A DNA stretch of 64,000 nt from a bacterium (GTDB lineage: Bacteria > Vulcanimicrobiota > JABDET01). Under the pieces are notes generated by a model. That model saw only the letters and a list, made by a program, of their open reading frames with translations. It ran no database searches and was not told the origin of the DNA. The stretch's first letter is position 1. Each line of letters starts with the position of its first letter. This document shows positions 18,786 to 28,484 of the stretch, piece after piece. The stretch is taken from contig JAJYZB010000001.1 of assembly GCA_021800275.1 (NCBI GenBank), forward strand, positions 392,624 through 456,623. The letters run 5' to 3'. The position numbers and the translations under genes were made by a program.

Positions 18786-19602
18786 TTTTAATCGAGTCAA
18801 GATTCAATACAATCTCACGAAGCAGTTTACAGAATTTCTTTTCCGATTTTTTCGCTGTTTCCAGAACCTCACTGTGATCTGGAGAAGAACCCCTTGTGTG
18901 AACATTAGTAATCAAAGAAATAGCTAACACAGAAACCCCAAGCTGGACGGCAGCTGTAACTTCAGGGACAGTGGACATTCCTGCCGCATCTGCTCCAAAC
19001 AATCGAAACATTTTGACCTCTGCAGGAGTTTCATAACTTGGACCAGGGAGCGCTAAATAAACTCCCTCATGGATCGGATTTTTTAATTTCCTGGAATGCT
19101 TCTTTGCCAAGTCTCTCAGCCGTTTAGGATAAGCTTCTACTAAACTCACAAACCTTTTCCCAAAACGGGAATCATAATCTCCTCGCAGAGGATTATCAGG
19201 AATAAAATTAATATGATCCCTGATGAGCATGATATCCCCTGGTTTAAACTTTAAATTCAATCCTCCAGCTGCATTAGTCAAAATTAAAGTTTTAATCCCG
19301 AGCTTAATAAGGGTTCGAACAGGAAACACCACTTCTTGCAAGCTGTATCCTTCATAATAATGAAACCTGCCGGACAAAACAGCAATCTTAAATTTTCCTA
19401 TCTCTCCAAGCAGCAGAGATCCGGCATGACCTTCTACTGTAGAGCGTGGAAAATGAGGAATTACAGAGTAGGGAATTGATTTGGCAGAAGAAATCTCTTT
19501 CGTAAAACTGGATAAACCGGATCCTAAAACAACTCCAATTTCTGATGAATTCCAAAATGGTTCTAAATAAGAGGCTGCTGCTTCAATTTTTTCAATCAAC
19601 AT
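18772..19602 (-). CDS. punA: Purine-nucleoside phosphorylase (trimeric PNP family)
   Basis: VLGSGL, GRFHYYEG, TNAAGG, GPSYETPAE, GMSTVPE. Confidence 0.93.
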   Translation of the reverse strand: MLIEKIEAAASYLEPFWNSSEIGVVLGSGLSSFTKEISSAKSIPYSVIPHFPRSTVEGHAGSLLLGEIGKFKIAVLSGRFHYYEGYSLQEVVFPVRTLIKLGIKTLILTNAAGGLNLKFKPGDIMLIRDHINFIPDNPLRGDYDSRFGKRFVSLVEAYPKRLRDLAKKHSRKLKNPIHEGVYLALPGPSYETPAEVKMFRLFGADAAGMSTVPEVTAAVQLGVSVLAISLITNVHTRGSSPDHSEVLETAKKSEKKFCKLLREIVLNLDSIKNADT

Positions 19603-19718
19603 TGGAAGCTTTTCGGTTTTCCAGAGTTAAAAATCCTTGCATCTTCCTCATCTATATCTTCACAATTCGAGGTTCTCTCAAGCCAAACAAAATCCTCTCA
19701 AAGGATTTCTGGTAAAAA

Positions 19719-20381
19719 ATGTTAAAAATACCTCAGATAATAAAGATGGTTCAAGATAAAACTCGCCTCATTGAAGCTCTCGCTCTAACGGCTCAAAATT
19801 TTTGTAGAAAAGGCTGGAATCCAGCCACCAGCGGCAATTTAAGTGTTTTATTGAGCAGAATTCCTTTCAAATTAGCCATTACTCCAACCGGGATCAATAA
19901 ATCCTCTCTCCAATCGGATCAGATTGTGATTGTAGATGAAAATGGAACGCGAATTGAAGGAAAAGGAAACCCTTCCAGTGATATAAAACTGCATCTGGCT
20001 GTTCTAAAGTCTAAACCTGAAATCAATTCTGTTTTTCACATTCATTCGATTTGGAATACGCTGCTGTCAAGCGAGAACCACCCTGGAGATAAAGTTGTCC
20101 TGCAGCAGTATGAACTGCTCAAAGCGCTGCGCAAAAATTATTCACCCTCAGAAAAAATCTACATTCCAATTCTCCAGAGTCAGGGGGATCAGGATCAGTT
20201 ATCTAAAGAATTTTCCAGAATTCTAAAAGAAGATTTAGACATCCATGGAATTCTCTTAAAGCAGCATGGCCTTTATTCCTGGGGAGAAAATTTACAAAGC
20301 GCCTGCCAGAGAGTAGAAGCTCTGGAATTCTTATTTGAAGTTCAGGCACGCCAATTGCAAATTCGAAAACCTCAAATATGA
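19719..20381 (+). CDS. mtnB: Class II aldolase family, methylthioribulose-1-phosphate dehydratase-like
   Basis: GWNPATSGNLS, HIHS, HGLYSWG, VEALEFLFE. Confidence 0.8.
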   Translation: MLKIPQIIKMVQDKTRLIEALALTAQNFCRKGWNPATSGNLSVLLSRIPFKLAITPTGINKSSLQSDQIVIVDENGTRIEGKGNPSSDIKLHLAVLKSKPEINSVFHIHSIWNTLLSSENHPGDKVVLQQYELLKALRKNYSPSEKIYIPILQSQGDQDQLSKEFSRILKEDLDIHGILLKQHGLYSWGENLQSACQRVEALEFLFEVQARQLQIRKPQI

Positions 20382-21298
20382 AAAAAAAGTGGCTTGCGTT
20401 TTTATTTCTACTGATCTTCCCACATGTCCTAACATCAGCAAAAACCCATGCTGCAGAGAAAGCCCACACAAAAAAAATTTACTGGCATACAGGAACTGCC
20501 GCATTTATTTCTCCTTATCGTCTAACCTTATCTGATGGAAGGCAGTATTATCTTAACAAATCCGTCCCCATTTATTTAAATGGAAAACTCATCCCTAATC
20601 TGAATCCGATTAAACCTGGAAACTCTGTGATCATTCGACTTCTCCCAAAACGAGATTTTATCTCTGGCATCTGGGCTTTTCATTTTCCTAAACACCCCGG
20701 ACCATCTCCGGATATTTTTGGACTGAAAACTCAATTTTTCAAAAACCATGGAAAACCTTTTCTAAAAATACAAGTTGATGCGCGTGCATTTGGAAAAACT
20801 GTTGTTTCAGCTCCAGGCGTCTTCCATTCCATTCTTCTATCTCCTAAAAAACCTGGACTTTATGCTGGGCGGGTAAATCTGAGACAGGGAATGGTTATCC
20901 CTGATGTCTTTTTACTGGTAAAATGGTCTAAAGGGAAAAGGGAACAAAGTTTAATCTTCCCGAACCCAGTTTCAATCTACACAGAACCACCCCAGATCTC
21001 GCAAATAAATCCCGAAAATAAAAAGAAAATTAAAAACCGCTCTCCATTTATTTTTGTCACCTTTAATTTAAAAACACCACCTGTTAATCCTGACACCCTT
21101 CAATTATTTTTAGATGAAAAAGATGTCACTCATCACTGCACACGGGATTCTCAAGTTATCTTTTTTGTTCCACCAGTTCCTCTTACTCCAGGGGAACATG
21201 TCTGCCTTATTCGAGGAAAAGGATTGGGAACAGGATACCCATTCCAAAAAAAATGGAGCTTCCAAATAGAGGGAACACCTGAACCAAAAGGAGAATAA
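20378..21298 (+). CDS. Secreted hypothetical protein with C-terminal Ig-like domain
   Basis: Signal peptide; LFLDEKDVT...PLTPGEH...WSFQI beta-sandwich-like end. Confidence 0.7.
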   Translation: MKKKWLAFLFLLIFPHVLTSAKTHAAEKAHTKKIYWHTGTAAFISPYRLTLSDGRQYYLNKSVPIYLNGKLIPNLNPIKPGNSVIIRLLPKRDFISGIWAFHFPKHPGPSPDIFGLKTQFFKNHGKPFLKIQVDARAFGKTVVSAPGVFHSILLSPKKPGLYAGRVNLRQGMVIPDVFLLVKWSKGKREQSLIFPNPVSIYTEPPQISQINPENKKKIKNRSPFIFVTFNLKTPPVNPDTLQLFLDEKDVTHHCTRDSQVIFFVPPVPLTPGEHVCLIRGKGLGTGYPFQKKWSFQIEGTPEPKGE

Positions 21299-21306
21299 AG
21301 TGTCTG

Positions 21307-22611
21307 ATGATATCTCCTAAAACAAAAACAACAGTCTATAAAATTGGAAATTTTGCAGGGCAAGAAGTGGTTATTCAGGGATGGCTTTCTAATTCCCGTT
21401 CCAGCGGCTCTGTCCATTTTTTGACCATTCGAGATGGAACTGGTTTTATTCAGGGAGTGGTGGCTAAAAATGAAGTAACCCCTGAAACCTTTCAAACAGC
21501 CAATACTCTTGGACAGGAATCAGCCGTTGAAGTTTCAGGTATCGTGCGAGAGGAGAAAAGGGCTCCAGGAGGATATGAATTAACCATTAAAGATCTGAAA
21601 CAAATAGGTCCTTCCGAAAATTATCCCATTACACCCAAAGAACATGGAATAGATTTTCTTATGGAACACAGACATTTGTGGTTCCGCTCTCAGAGGCAGC
21701 AGGCTATTTTAAAAATTCGCCACGAAATCATTAGAGCGATCCGAGATTATCTGGATTCTCAAGGATTTGTTTTAGTGGATGCTCCTATTTTAACCCCTTC
21801 TGCTTGTGAAGGAACAACCAATCTTTTTGAAGTCCAGTATTTTGAAGACAAGGCTTATCTAACTCAATCAGGGCAGCTGTACATGGAAGCAGCTGCCATG
21901 GCTCTTGGAAAAGTCTATTGTTTTGGTCCCACTTTCAGGGCTGAAAAATCAAAAACAAGAAGACATCTGACAGAGTTCTGGATGGTGGAGCCTGAGATGG
22001 CTTTCTGTCATTTAGAAGACAGCCTTCAAGTGCAGGAAGGATTAGTCAGTTTTATTGTTTCCCGTGTTTTAGAAAACCGAAAAAAAGATTTAGAATTCTT
22101 AAAACGAGATACCACAAAACTTGAAAAAATAACTTCCCCCTTCCCGAGAATCTCTTATGATGAATCGCTCGAAATCTTAAAGAAAAAAGGGTTGAATCCA
22201 ATCTGGGGTAATGACTTCGGTGGAACCGATGAAACCATTTTAACTGAACAATTCGAAAAACCTGTTTTTGTCACGCATTTTCCCATGGCGTGCAAAGCCT
22301 TTTACATGAAACAGGACCCTGTTCGCCCTGAGCTAGCTGTATGCGCAGATCTTCTGGCACCTGAAGGATATGGAGAAATTATTGGAGGAGGGCAGAGAGA
22401 AGAAGATTTAGAGCTTCTGAAAAACCGCATGGAAAGAATGAAAATGGAAAAAGAACCGTATCAATGGTATTTGGATTTAAGAAGATTTGGTTCGGTCCCC
22501 CACGGCGGCTTTGGATTAGGAATTGAAAGAACAGTCTCCTGGATCTGTGGGCTTGAACACGTCAGAGAAGCCATTCCTTTTGCACGCACCCTTTACAGAA
22601 TTTATCCGTAA
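21307..22611 (+). CDS. asnS: Asparagine--tRNA ligase
   Basis: RDGTG OB fold, [41 protein letters not shown]. Confidence 0.95.
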   Translation: MISPKTKTTVYKIGNFAGQEVVIQGWLSNSRSSGSVHFLTIRDGTGFIQGVVAKNEVTPETFQTANTLGQESAVEVSGIVREEKRAPGGYELTIKDLKQIGPSENYPITPKEHGIDFLMEHRHLWFRSQRQQAILKIRHEIIRAIRDYLDSQGFVLVDAPILTPSACEGTTNLFEVQYFEDKAYLTQSGQLYMEAAAMALGKVYCFGPTFRAEKSKTRRHLTEFWMVEPEMAFCHLEDSLQVQEGLVSFIVSRVLENRKKDLEFLKRDTTKLEKITSPFPRISYDESLEILKKKGLNPIWGNDFGGTDETILTEQFEKPVFVTHFPMACKAFYMKQDPVRPELAVCADLLAPEGYGEIIGGGQREEDLELLKNRMERMKMEKEPYQWYLDLRRFGSVPHGGFGLGIERTVSWICGLEHVREAIPFARTLYRIYP

Positions 22612-22699
22612 AAATCTTCACTCATTTAAAATCATTCAAAGGAATATTCTGCTCATGGAGAGAAGCTGTTCTCCACTGCTAAGGAGATGAAATCCAATC

Positions 22700-23221
22700 A
22701 TGAACTGTCCAGCCTGCGGAAAATCTAATCTGGATGACGCGCAGTACTGCTTTAACTGCGGTGGAACTTTTAAAACATCCGACACTCCACGTAAAGGGAA
22801 GAAATTTGGAATTGTAATTGTCTTTGCAGCTGCTGGCTGTGTCTTCTTCATCACTGGCATTCTGGCGATAATTGCAGCCATATTAATTCCTAATTTTATT
22901 CGAGCCCGCACTCAGGCGCAGATGGCAGCCTCAATATCAAACGAGAAAAACATTGCTGCTGCCCTGGATATGTACCAAACGAACCATCATGGAAAGTTCC
23001 CTGATACAGGAGGAAGATTTGTCCCGTTAAATTCACTTCAAAATGGCTTAGTACCCAGATATATGAGAGGACTTCCAGTGGATCCAGCAGCAGGAGCAGA
23101 ATATACATATTCGGGTTCTAATCATCCTGCACAATTTACAATCTGTGACCCTTCTGCTTCTAGTTACAACTTAAAATCTCTTTGTTTTTCCTCCAGCAGC
23201 GGGCTCAGGATTCAAAGATAA
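22700..23221 (+). CDS. Zinc-ribbon + transmembrane + pilin/GspG-like protein
   Basis: CPACG...CFNCG, then ILAIIAAILIPNFIRAR and ALDMY...LVPRYM...P.DP pilin-like motifs. Confidence 0.7.
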   Translation: MNCPACGKSNLDDAQYCFNCGGTFKTSDTPRKGKKFGIVIVFAAAGCVFFITGILAIIAAILIPNFIRARTQAQMAASISNEKNIAAALDMYQTNHHGKFPDTGGRFVPLNSLQNGLVPRYMRGLPVDPAAGAEYTYSGSNHPAQFTICDPSASSYNLKSLCFSSSSGLRIQR

Positions 23222-23227
23222 AATTAT

Positions 23228-24058
23228 CTATATATTTTTTACTCCCAAGACTTCCTGCACTTTACTCCTGTCCCCCTTGCAGCTGATCTGTCTGGGCGCT
23301 AATAAGTAATGCAATCTGAATCCCGCTTTCTCATAAAGATCTACAATCCGATCTGTTGCCTGGTTAGAAATAACAACTGGACCTTTATGTTTTGAAAGCC
23401 ATTCTATTAAGCGGATCTGGTCATTCCATCCAAAATCTTCTTCTGCATACTGAGTAAATTTCACATCATAAGGAGGATCAGCATAAACAAAATCTGTTGG
23501 TTCCAATATTAAATTTTCAAAATCGGTGGAAATAAATTCCCATTTCATGAATAATTTCTGATAAGATAAAAAATCTCGGCGATAATTAATTTTTTGATAC
23601 TGTCCAAAGGGAACATTATAGATCCCATGACGATTAAATCTGCAGAGTCCATTGTATCCTGTTCTATTCAAATAATAAAACAATTCCGCACCCTGGCGAA
23701 TCTTGCTTTTTCCAGCGCGGATCAAATCATTAAAAAAATTCCTGTGAGCATAATACAAGTCTGAATCGTTTTCCATAGGAATCGAAATAAATAATCCCTT
23801 TTTTATCCACTGATAAAAATTGATCAAATGTGGATTAATATCGTTTAAAAGAGCTTTTTCAGGCAGAAGATTCAGAGCTACCGAAAGTCCTCCAGAAAAA
23901 GGTTCGACCAGTCTGCAATTTCGATAAGGAGCCCATAAAGATGTCAAATACTGAATAAGCCATCTTTTTCCCCCTGCCCATTTTAAAGGAGGATCAAAAG
24001 GAGTAAATGATTCACCGAGTTCAATCGGCAAAAGTTCCTGAGTGGCCCCTACCCCCAT
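23228..24058 (-). CDS. Dam-family (alpha class) DNA adenine methyltransferase
   Basis: LKWAGGK, EPFSGG, LNDIN, YNGLCRFN..G.YNVPFG, DPPY. Confidence 0.92.
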   Translation of the reverse strand: MGVGATQELLPIELGESFTPFDPPLKWAGGKRWLIQYLTSLWAPYRNCRLVEPFSGGLSVALNLLPEKALLNDINPHLINFYQWIKKGLFISIPMENDSDLYYAHRNFFNDLIRAGKSKIRQGAELFYYLNRTGYNGLCRFNRHGIYNVPFGQYQKINYRRDFLSYQKLFMKWEFISTDFENLILEPTDFVYADPPYDVKFTQYAEEDFGWNDQIRLIEWLSKHKGPVVISNQATDRIVDLYEKAGFRLHYLLAPRQISCKGDRSKVQEVLGVKNI

Positions 24059-24182
24059 TACTTTTAAGATTTACTTAATACAAACAGGTTCTCCTCCTTC
24101 CCGCGAAAGAATTTTGGCAAACTTTTTTGATTAAGCAGCATGAAGCCGAATGATTCGTAAAAATTCAACCGGCTGGCGAAAA

Positions 24183-25172
24183 TTATACCGCTGTTTTTTC
24201 AGAAAACACTGTCTGCATCTCTTTGGTCAGCAGAGGAAGAATAACGAACAAATCTCCAACAATTCCGTAAGTAGCCACTTTAAAAATGGAAGCTTCTGGA
24301 TCATTGTTAATCGCCACAATGCACTTAGCGCTGGACATGCCTGCCAGATGTTGGACTGCTCCTGAAATTCCGCAAGCAATGTAGAGATCAGGGTTAACTG
24401 TTTTACCGGTTTGTCCTACTTGATGCTGATGCTCAATCCATCCTGCATCCACAACCATTCTCGATGCTCCTACAGCTCCCCCCATAACTTTAGCCAAATC
24501 TTCAATAAGACGAAAATTTTCAGGAGTCTTTAATCCTCTTCCCCCTGAAATAATGATCCGAGAATCAGAAAGATCAGCCAGTTGATCTTGAGATTTTATC
24601 ATTTCTATCACTTTGATCTTTTTGCTGCTTACAGGTTGAAAATCAAAGGAAACAATTTCTGCCCTCTTGCCTGGAATTAATTCTTCTACTTTGCACATGT
24701 TAGGTCTAAAACTGACGATGAAAGGAGTAGTGATGACTGACACTGCAGCATGGATCTTCCCCGAATAGACAGCCCTTATCGCTGAAATTTTTCCATTTTC
24801 AACAGACAGACTCATACAGTCAGCAGCATATCCTGCCTTCAAGCTTGTTGAAATCATGCCCGAAAGTTCTTTCCCATAAGTTGTGGATCCGAGAAAAACA
24901 ACTGAAAAAGAGTGCTTGTCTGCGCAGTCTTGAAACAATTTTACAAAATTTTCAGAATCGTACTTCTCAAGGACTGGACTGGCAGCATTAATGATCTTAT
25001 CAGCACCCCATTCCCCCAACTGCTCCTGATCCTCATGAGTTGCCACTGGTCCTGGAAGAAAAGCGGCAATTTCCTCTTTAATGTGATCTTTCAGACGTCG
25101 AGCTTCACTTAAAAGTTCTCGGGTCAATTTTAAAAATTTGCCCTCTTTTTTCTCAGTTAAAACCAGGATCAT
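24183..25172 (-). CDS. etfA: Electron transfer flavoprotein alpha subunit
   Basis: [30 protein letters not shown]. Confidence 0.96.
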   Translation of the reverse strand: MILVLTEKKEGKFLKLTRELLSEARRLKDHIKEEIAAFLPGPVATHEDQEQLGEWGADKIINAASPVLEKYDSENFVKLFQDCADKHSFSVVFLGSTTYGKELSGMISTSLKAGYAADCMSLSVENGKISAIRAVYSGKIHAAVSVITTPFIVSFRPNMCKVEELIPGKRAEIVSFDFQPVSSKKIKVIEMIKSQDQLADLSDSRIIISGGRGLKTPENFRLIEDLAKVMGGAVGASRMVVDAGWIEHQHQVGQTGKTVNPDLYIACGISGAVQHLAGMSSAKCIVAINNDPEASIFKVATYGIVGDLFVILPLLTKEMQTVFSEKTAV

Positions 25173-25948
25173 ATTACTTTTTCCTCATCTTTTAAAAATC
25201 TCACCAAGTCTTTAACCATTTTTTCAGGAGAACCTTGTAAGATCTTACCAGCAGGACGAACAGGAACGGGCTGCAGTCGCTCCAGTTTTGTTCGAGCAAA
25301 CTTTCTAATATCAGGAACTAAATCTGCAGCTTTTATCACTTCTATCTCTTTTTTCTTGGCTTTCATCATGCCTGCTAAAGAAGGATACCTCGGTTCATTC
25401 AATCCTTTTTGAGCAGAAAGCACACAAGGGAGATCAACTTCTATGATTTCTTCTCCCCCTTCAATCTGCCTTTTTATTTTCGCTTTCTTGCCATTTTCTA
25501 AAATTTCAACCTGAGTGACCACAGATACAAACGGAAAATTTAATCTCTGCGCCACTGCTCCACCTATATAAGCCATATCATCATCAGCAGCCTGTTTTCC
25601 GCTCAAAATTAAATCCGGATGCAGAGACTCAATTTTTTTCGCAAGCAGTTCCGCAGTAGAGAAAGGATCAAGGGGCTCCCCTTCTTCCAGAATCAAAACT
25701 GCTTGATCAGCGCCAACTGCTATGCAGGTTCTGAGAATTTCCTTCGTTCTTTCTAAGCCAACTGTTAAAACGAACAACTCAGAGGAACTAATCTTTTCTT
25801 TCAGTCTAACCGCTTCTTCAACAGCAAACTCATCATAAGGGTTCAAAATATACTTCAGCCCTTCTTCAACAATCCCAGACCCATCAGGTTTAATCTGAAT
25901 TTGGGCAGCAGTATCAGGAACTTGCTTCACCAGAACGACTATTCTCAA
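25169..25948 (-). CDS. etfB: Electron transfer flavoprotein beta subunit
   Basis: VKQVPD, NPYDEFAVEEA, GKQAADDD, NEPRYPS; TTG start with GGAGG upstream. Confidence 0.96.
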   Translation of the reverse strand: MRIVVLVKQVPDTAAQIQIKPDGSGIVEEGLKYILNPYDEFAVEEAVRLKEKISSSELFVLTVGLERTKEILRTCIAVGADQAVLILEEGEPLDPFSTAELLAKKIESLHPDLILSGKQAADDDMAYIGGAVAQRLNFPFVSVVTQVEILENGKKAKIKRQIEGGEEIIEVDLPCVLSAQKGLNEPRYPSLAGMMKAKKKEIEVIKAADLVPDIRKFARTKLERLQPVPVRPAGKILQGSPEKMVKDLVRFLKDEEKVI

Positions 25949-26106
25949 CTGGGGAAAACCTCCTTTTTATCTTCTCTCCTTCTGTTACCCACAAATTTAA
26001 AAGCAGCAGTAGAAATGCCCACAAAACATAAAAACCGTCACTGGCTTTTAAACTTGCCAATAAAAGCCCTGTCGCGCCAAAAATAATATATAATACGGGA
26101 ATAATT

Positions 26107-27270
26107 TTAACCTCCTAAAATGTTTCGAGCGATCACCATTTTCTGAACTTCTGTTGTTCCTTCATAAATTTCTGTAACTCTGGCATCTCGATAGAAACGC
26201 TCAACAGGATAATCTTTGGTATAACCATATCCACCATGAATTTGCAGGGCATGACTGGTAGCTTTTTCAGACATCGTCGAAGCAAAATACTTAGCCATCG
26301 AAGCTTCTTTAGAAAAAGGAACACCTTTATCTTTCAGGTACGAAGAGCGATAAACCAGGAGTCTAGCCGCCTCAATATAAGTTATCATATCCACCAACAT
26401 TTCCTGAACGAACTGAAAATTAGAAATCGTTTTCCCAAACTGAGATCTCTCTTTCGAATATTTCAAAGCTGCATCATAGGCGCCCTGGGCAATTCCAACG
26501 GCTTGAGAGGCAATGCTGATCCTTCCTGAATCTAGAGTTGTTAAAGCGATCTTAAAGCCATCTCCTTCCTCACCAATCAAATTGGAAACAGGCACTCTGC
26601 AATTTTCGAAAGCTATTTGAGCGGTACCAGATGCGCGAACACCCAGCATTTCTTCTTTGCGAACAATCTTAAAGCCAGGGAAAGTTCGCTCTACCACAAA
26701 AGCAGAAATTCCTTTATTCCCCTTACTTTTATCAATAGTGGCATAAACGATAAAAAAATCGGCCGCCATTCCATTGGTCACAAAAAGTTTCTGACCGTTT
26801 AAAAAGTAAAAATCACCATTTTTCTGTGCCATGGTCTGGAGGCTTCCGGCATCAGAGCCGCTAGAAGGTTCTGTTAAGCAGTAAGCCCCAATTTTTTTCC
26901 CGGCAGCAAGATCAGGGAGGTATTTACGCTTTAATTCTTCTGTCCCAAAACGATATAATGGGAGCTGAGCCAAAGTATTCTGAACAGCGGCAACAACCCC
27001 AGTAGAAGCACAGGCTCTTGAAAGCTCTTCAATAATAATGGCATAACTAATAGAATCCATTCCTGCTCCACCATATTCAGTTGGAGTATTGACACCCATC
27101 AGCCCGAGTTCACCCAATTTTGAGCAAATATCCCGAGGAAACTCCATGCTGCGATCCCTCTCACCTGCTCCAGGAGAAACCTCTTTTTCAGCAAATTTTC
27201 GAACCATATCCTGGATCATGAGATGATCTTCAGATAAATCGAAACTAATTCCCGCGCCTTTTACTAACAT
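26107..27270 (-). CDS. Acyl-CoA dehydrogenase (butyryl-CoA type, canonical motifs)
   Basis: CLTEPSSGSDA, RSQFGK, QIHGGYGY, IYEGTTEVQ; GGAGG before ATG 27270. Confidence 0.95.
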   Translation of the reverse strand: MLVKGAGISFDLSEDHLMIQDMVRKFAEKEVSPGAGERDRSMEFPRDICSKLGELGLMGVNTPTEYGGAGMDSISYAIIIEELSRACASTGVVAAVQNTLAQLPLYRFGTEELKRKYLPDLAAGKKIGAYCLTEPSSGSDAGSLQTMAQKNGDFYFLNGQKLFVTNGMAADFFIVYATIDKSKGNKGISAFVVERTFPGFKIVRKEEMLGVRASGTAQIAFENCRVPVSNLIGEEGDGFKIALTTLDSGRISIASQAVGIAQGAYDAALKYSKERSQFGKTISNFQFVQEMLVDMITYIEAARLLVYRSSYLKDKGVPFSKEASMAKYFASTMSEKATSHALQIHGGYGYTKDYPVERFYRDARVTEIYEGTTEVQKMVIARNILGG

Positions 27271-27286
27271 GCACATTCCTCCATCC

Positions 27287-28441
27287 TCATGCTGGCACCA
27301 GCCTTCCAGATGTCTTGAGCACCTCTCGCGCAATCACCAGTTTTTGAATTTCCGATGTTCCTTCGCCAATTTCTCCTAATTTAGCGTCTCGAAAATAACG
27401 CTCAACAGGAAGATCATTTGTTAATGCTGAGCAGCCAATGATTTTTAATGCGGCATCACACACTTCAACTGCAAGAGTCGAAGCAAAATACTTAGCCATC
27501 GAAGCTTCTTTAATATAAAACTGCCCTGTGTCTTTAACCCGGCAGGCTTCCTGCGCCAATAAAAGAGCAGCTTCCAATTTTGTAGCCGCTTCAGCTATCA
27601 TTCCTGCTTCCCATTCATGTTCATCCATCAGGCCGCTGTCAACTTCATTTTTTTTTGCCCAATCCAGCATCTGCTCAAAAGCTGCTTCAGCAATCCCTAA
27701 TGCCCAACCGGCAATTCCCAGGCGGCCGGCGTCCAGGGTCTGCAGAAAAACTCGGAATCCATCACCCTCTAGCCCTAAAAGATTCTCTTTGGGAACCTGA
27801 CAGCCATCTAAAATTAAACCCGATGTGTCAGATGCCCTAAGCCCTAATTTCTCTTCTTTTTTTGCAATCATCAACCCAGGATAGTTCCTCTCTAAAATAA
27901 ATGCTGAAATCCCCTTTTTCCCTTTTTCTCTACTCGTTAAAGCTGAGACGACAAAAGTGCTTGCATAACTAGCAGATGTGGTAAAAACTTTTCTTCCATT
28001 TAAAAGATATGACCCGTTTACACTAACAGCACTTGTCCGAGAACTTGCGGCATCAGAGCCGCTGGAAGGTTCTGTTAACCCAAAAGCTCCTAACATCTCC
28101 CCCCGAACAAGAGGTATCAAATAGTGTTTTTTCTGCTCTTCTGTCCCAGCAAAATAAATGGGATTTGTGCCGAGCAGGTGAGCTCCAATGGAAAGTCCAA
28201 GAGATGCCCAAACTTTGCTGATCTCTTTGACCGCTAAAATGAAAGAAAACGAGTCCGCATTCTGTCCCCCGTACTTTTCGGGGAAACCTATTCCTAAAAT
28301 TCCTAACTCCCCCAACTTTTTCATAAAAAAAAGCGGAAACTCTCCCTGTTTTTCCATTTCATTTACTTTAGGCTTAACTTCGCTTTCTGCGAACTGTTTC
28401 GCCAAATTCTGCCAATAGTTCTGCTGTTTCGTTAATACCAT
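27287..28441 (-). CDS. Acyl-CoA dehydrogenase paralog with degenerate C-terminal FAD-contact motifs
   Basis: GLTEPSSGSDA and IGEGTSEIQ present; RxQFG and GGxG replaced. Confidence 0.9.
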   Translation of the reverse strand: MVLTKQQNYWQNLAKQFAESEVKPKVNEMEKQGEFPLFFMKKLGELGILGIGFPEKYGGQNADSFSFILAVKEISKVWASLGLSIGAHLLGTNPIYFAGTEEQKKHYLIPLVRGEMLGAFGLTEPSSGSDAASSRTSAVSVNGSYLLNGRKVFTTSASYASTFVVSALTSREKGKKGISAFILERNYPGLMIAKKEEKLGLRASDTSGLILDGCQVPKENLLGLEGDGFRVFLQTLDAGRLGIAGWALGIAEAAFEQMLDWAKKNEVDSGLMDEHEWEAGMIAEAATKLEAALLLAQEACRVKDTGQFYIKEASMAKYFASTLAVEVCDAALKIIGCSALTNDLPVERYFRDAKLGEIGEGTSEIQKLVIAREVLKTSGRLVPA

Positions 28442-28484
28442 GCAAATTGGGTTTCGACTACAGGAATTAACATCCCTGCCTCAC

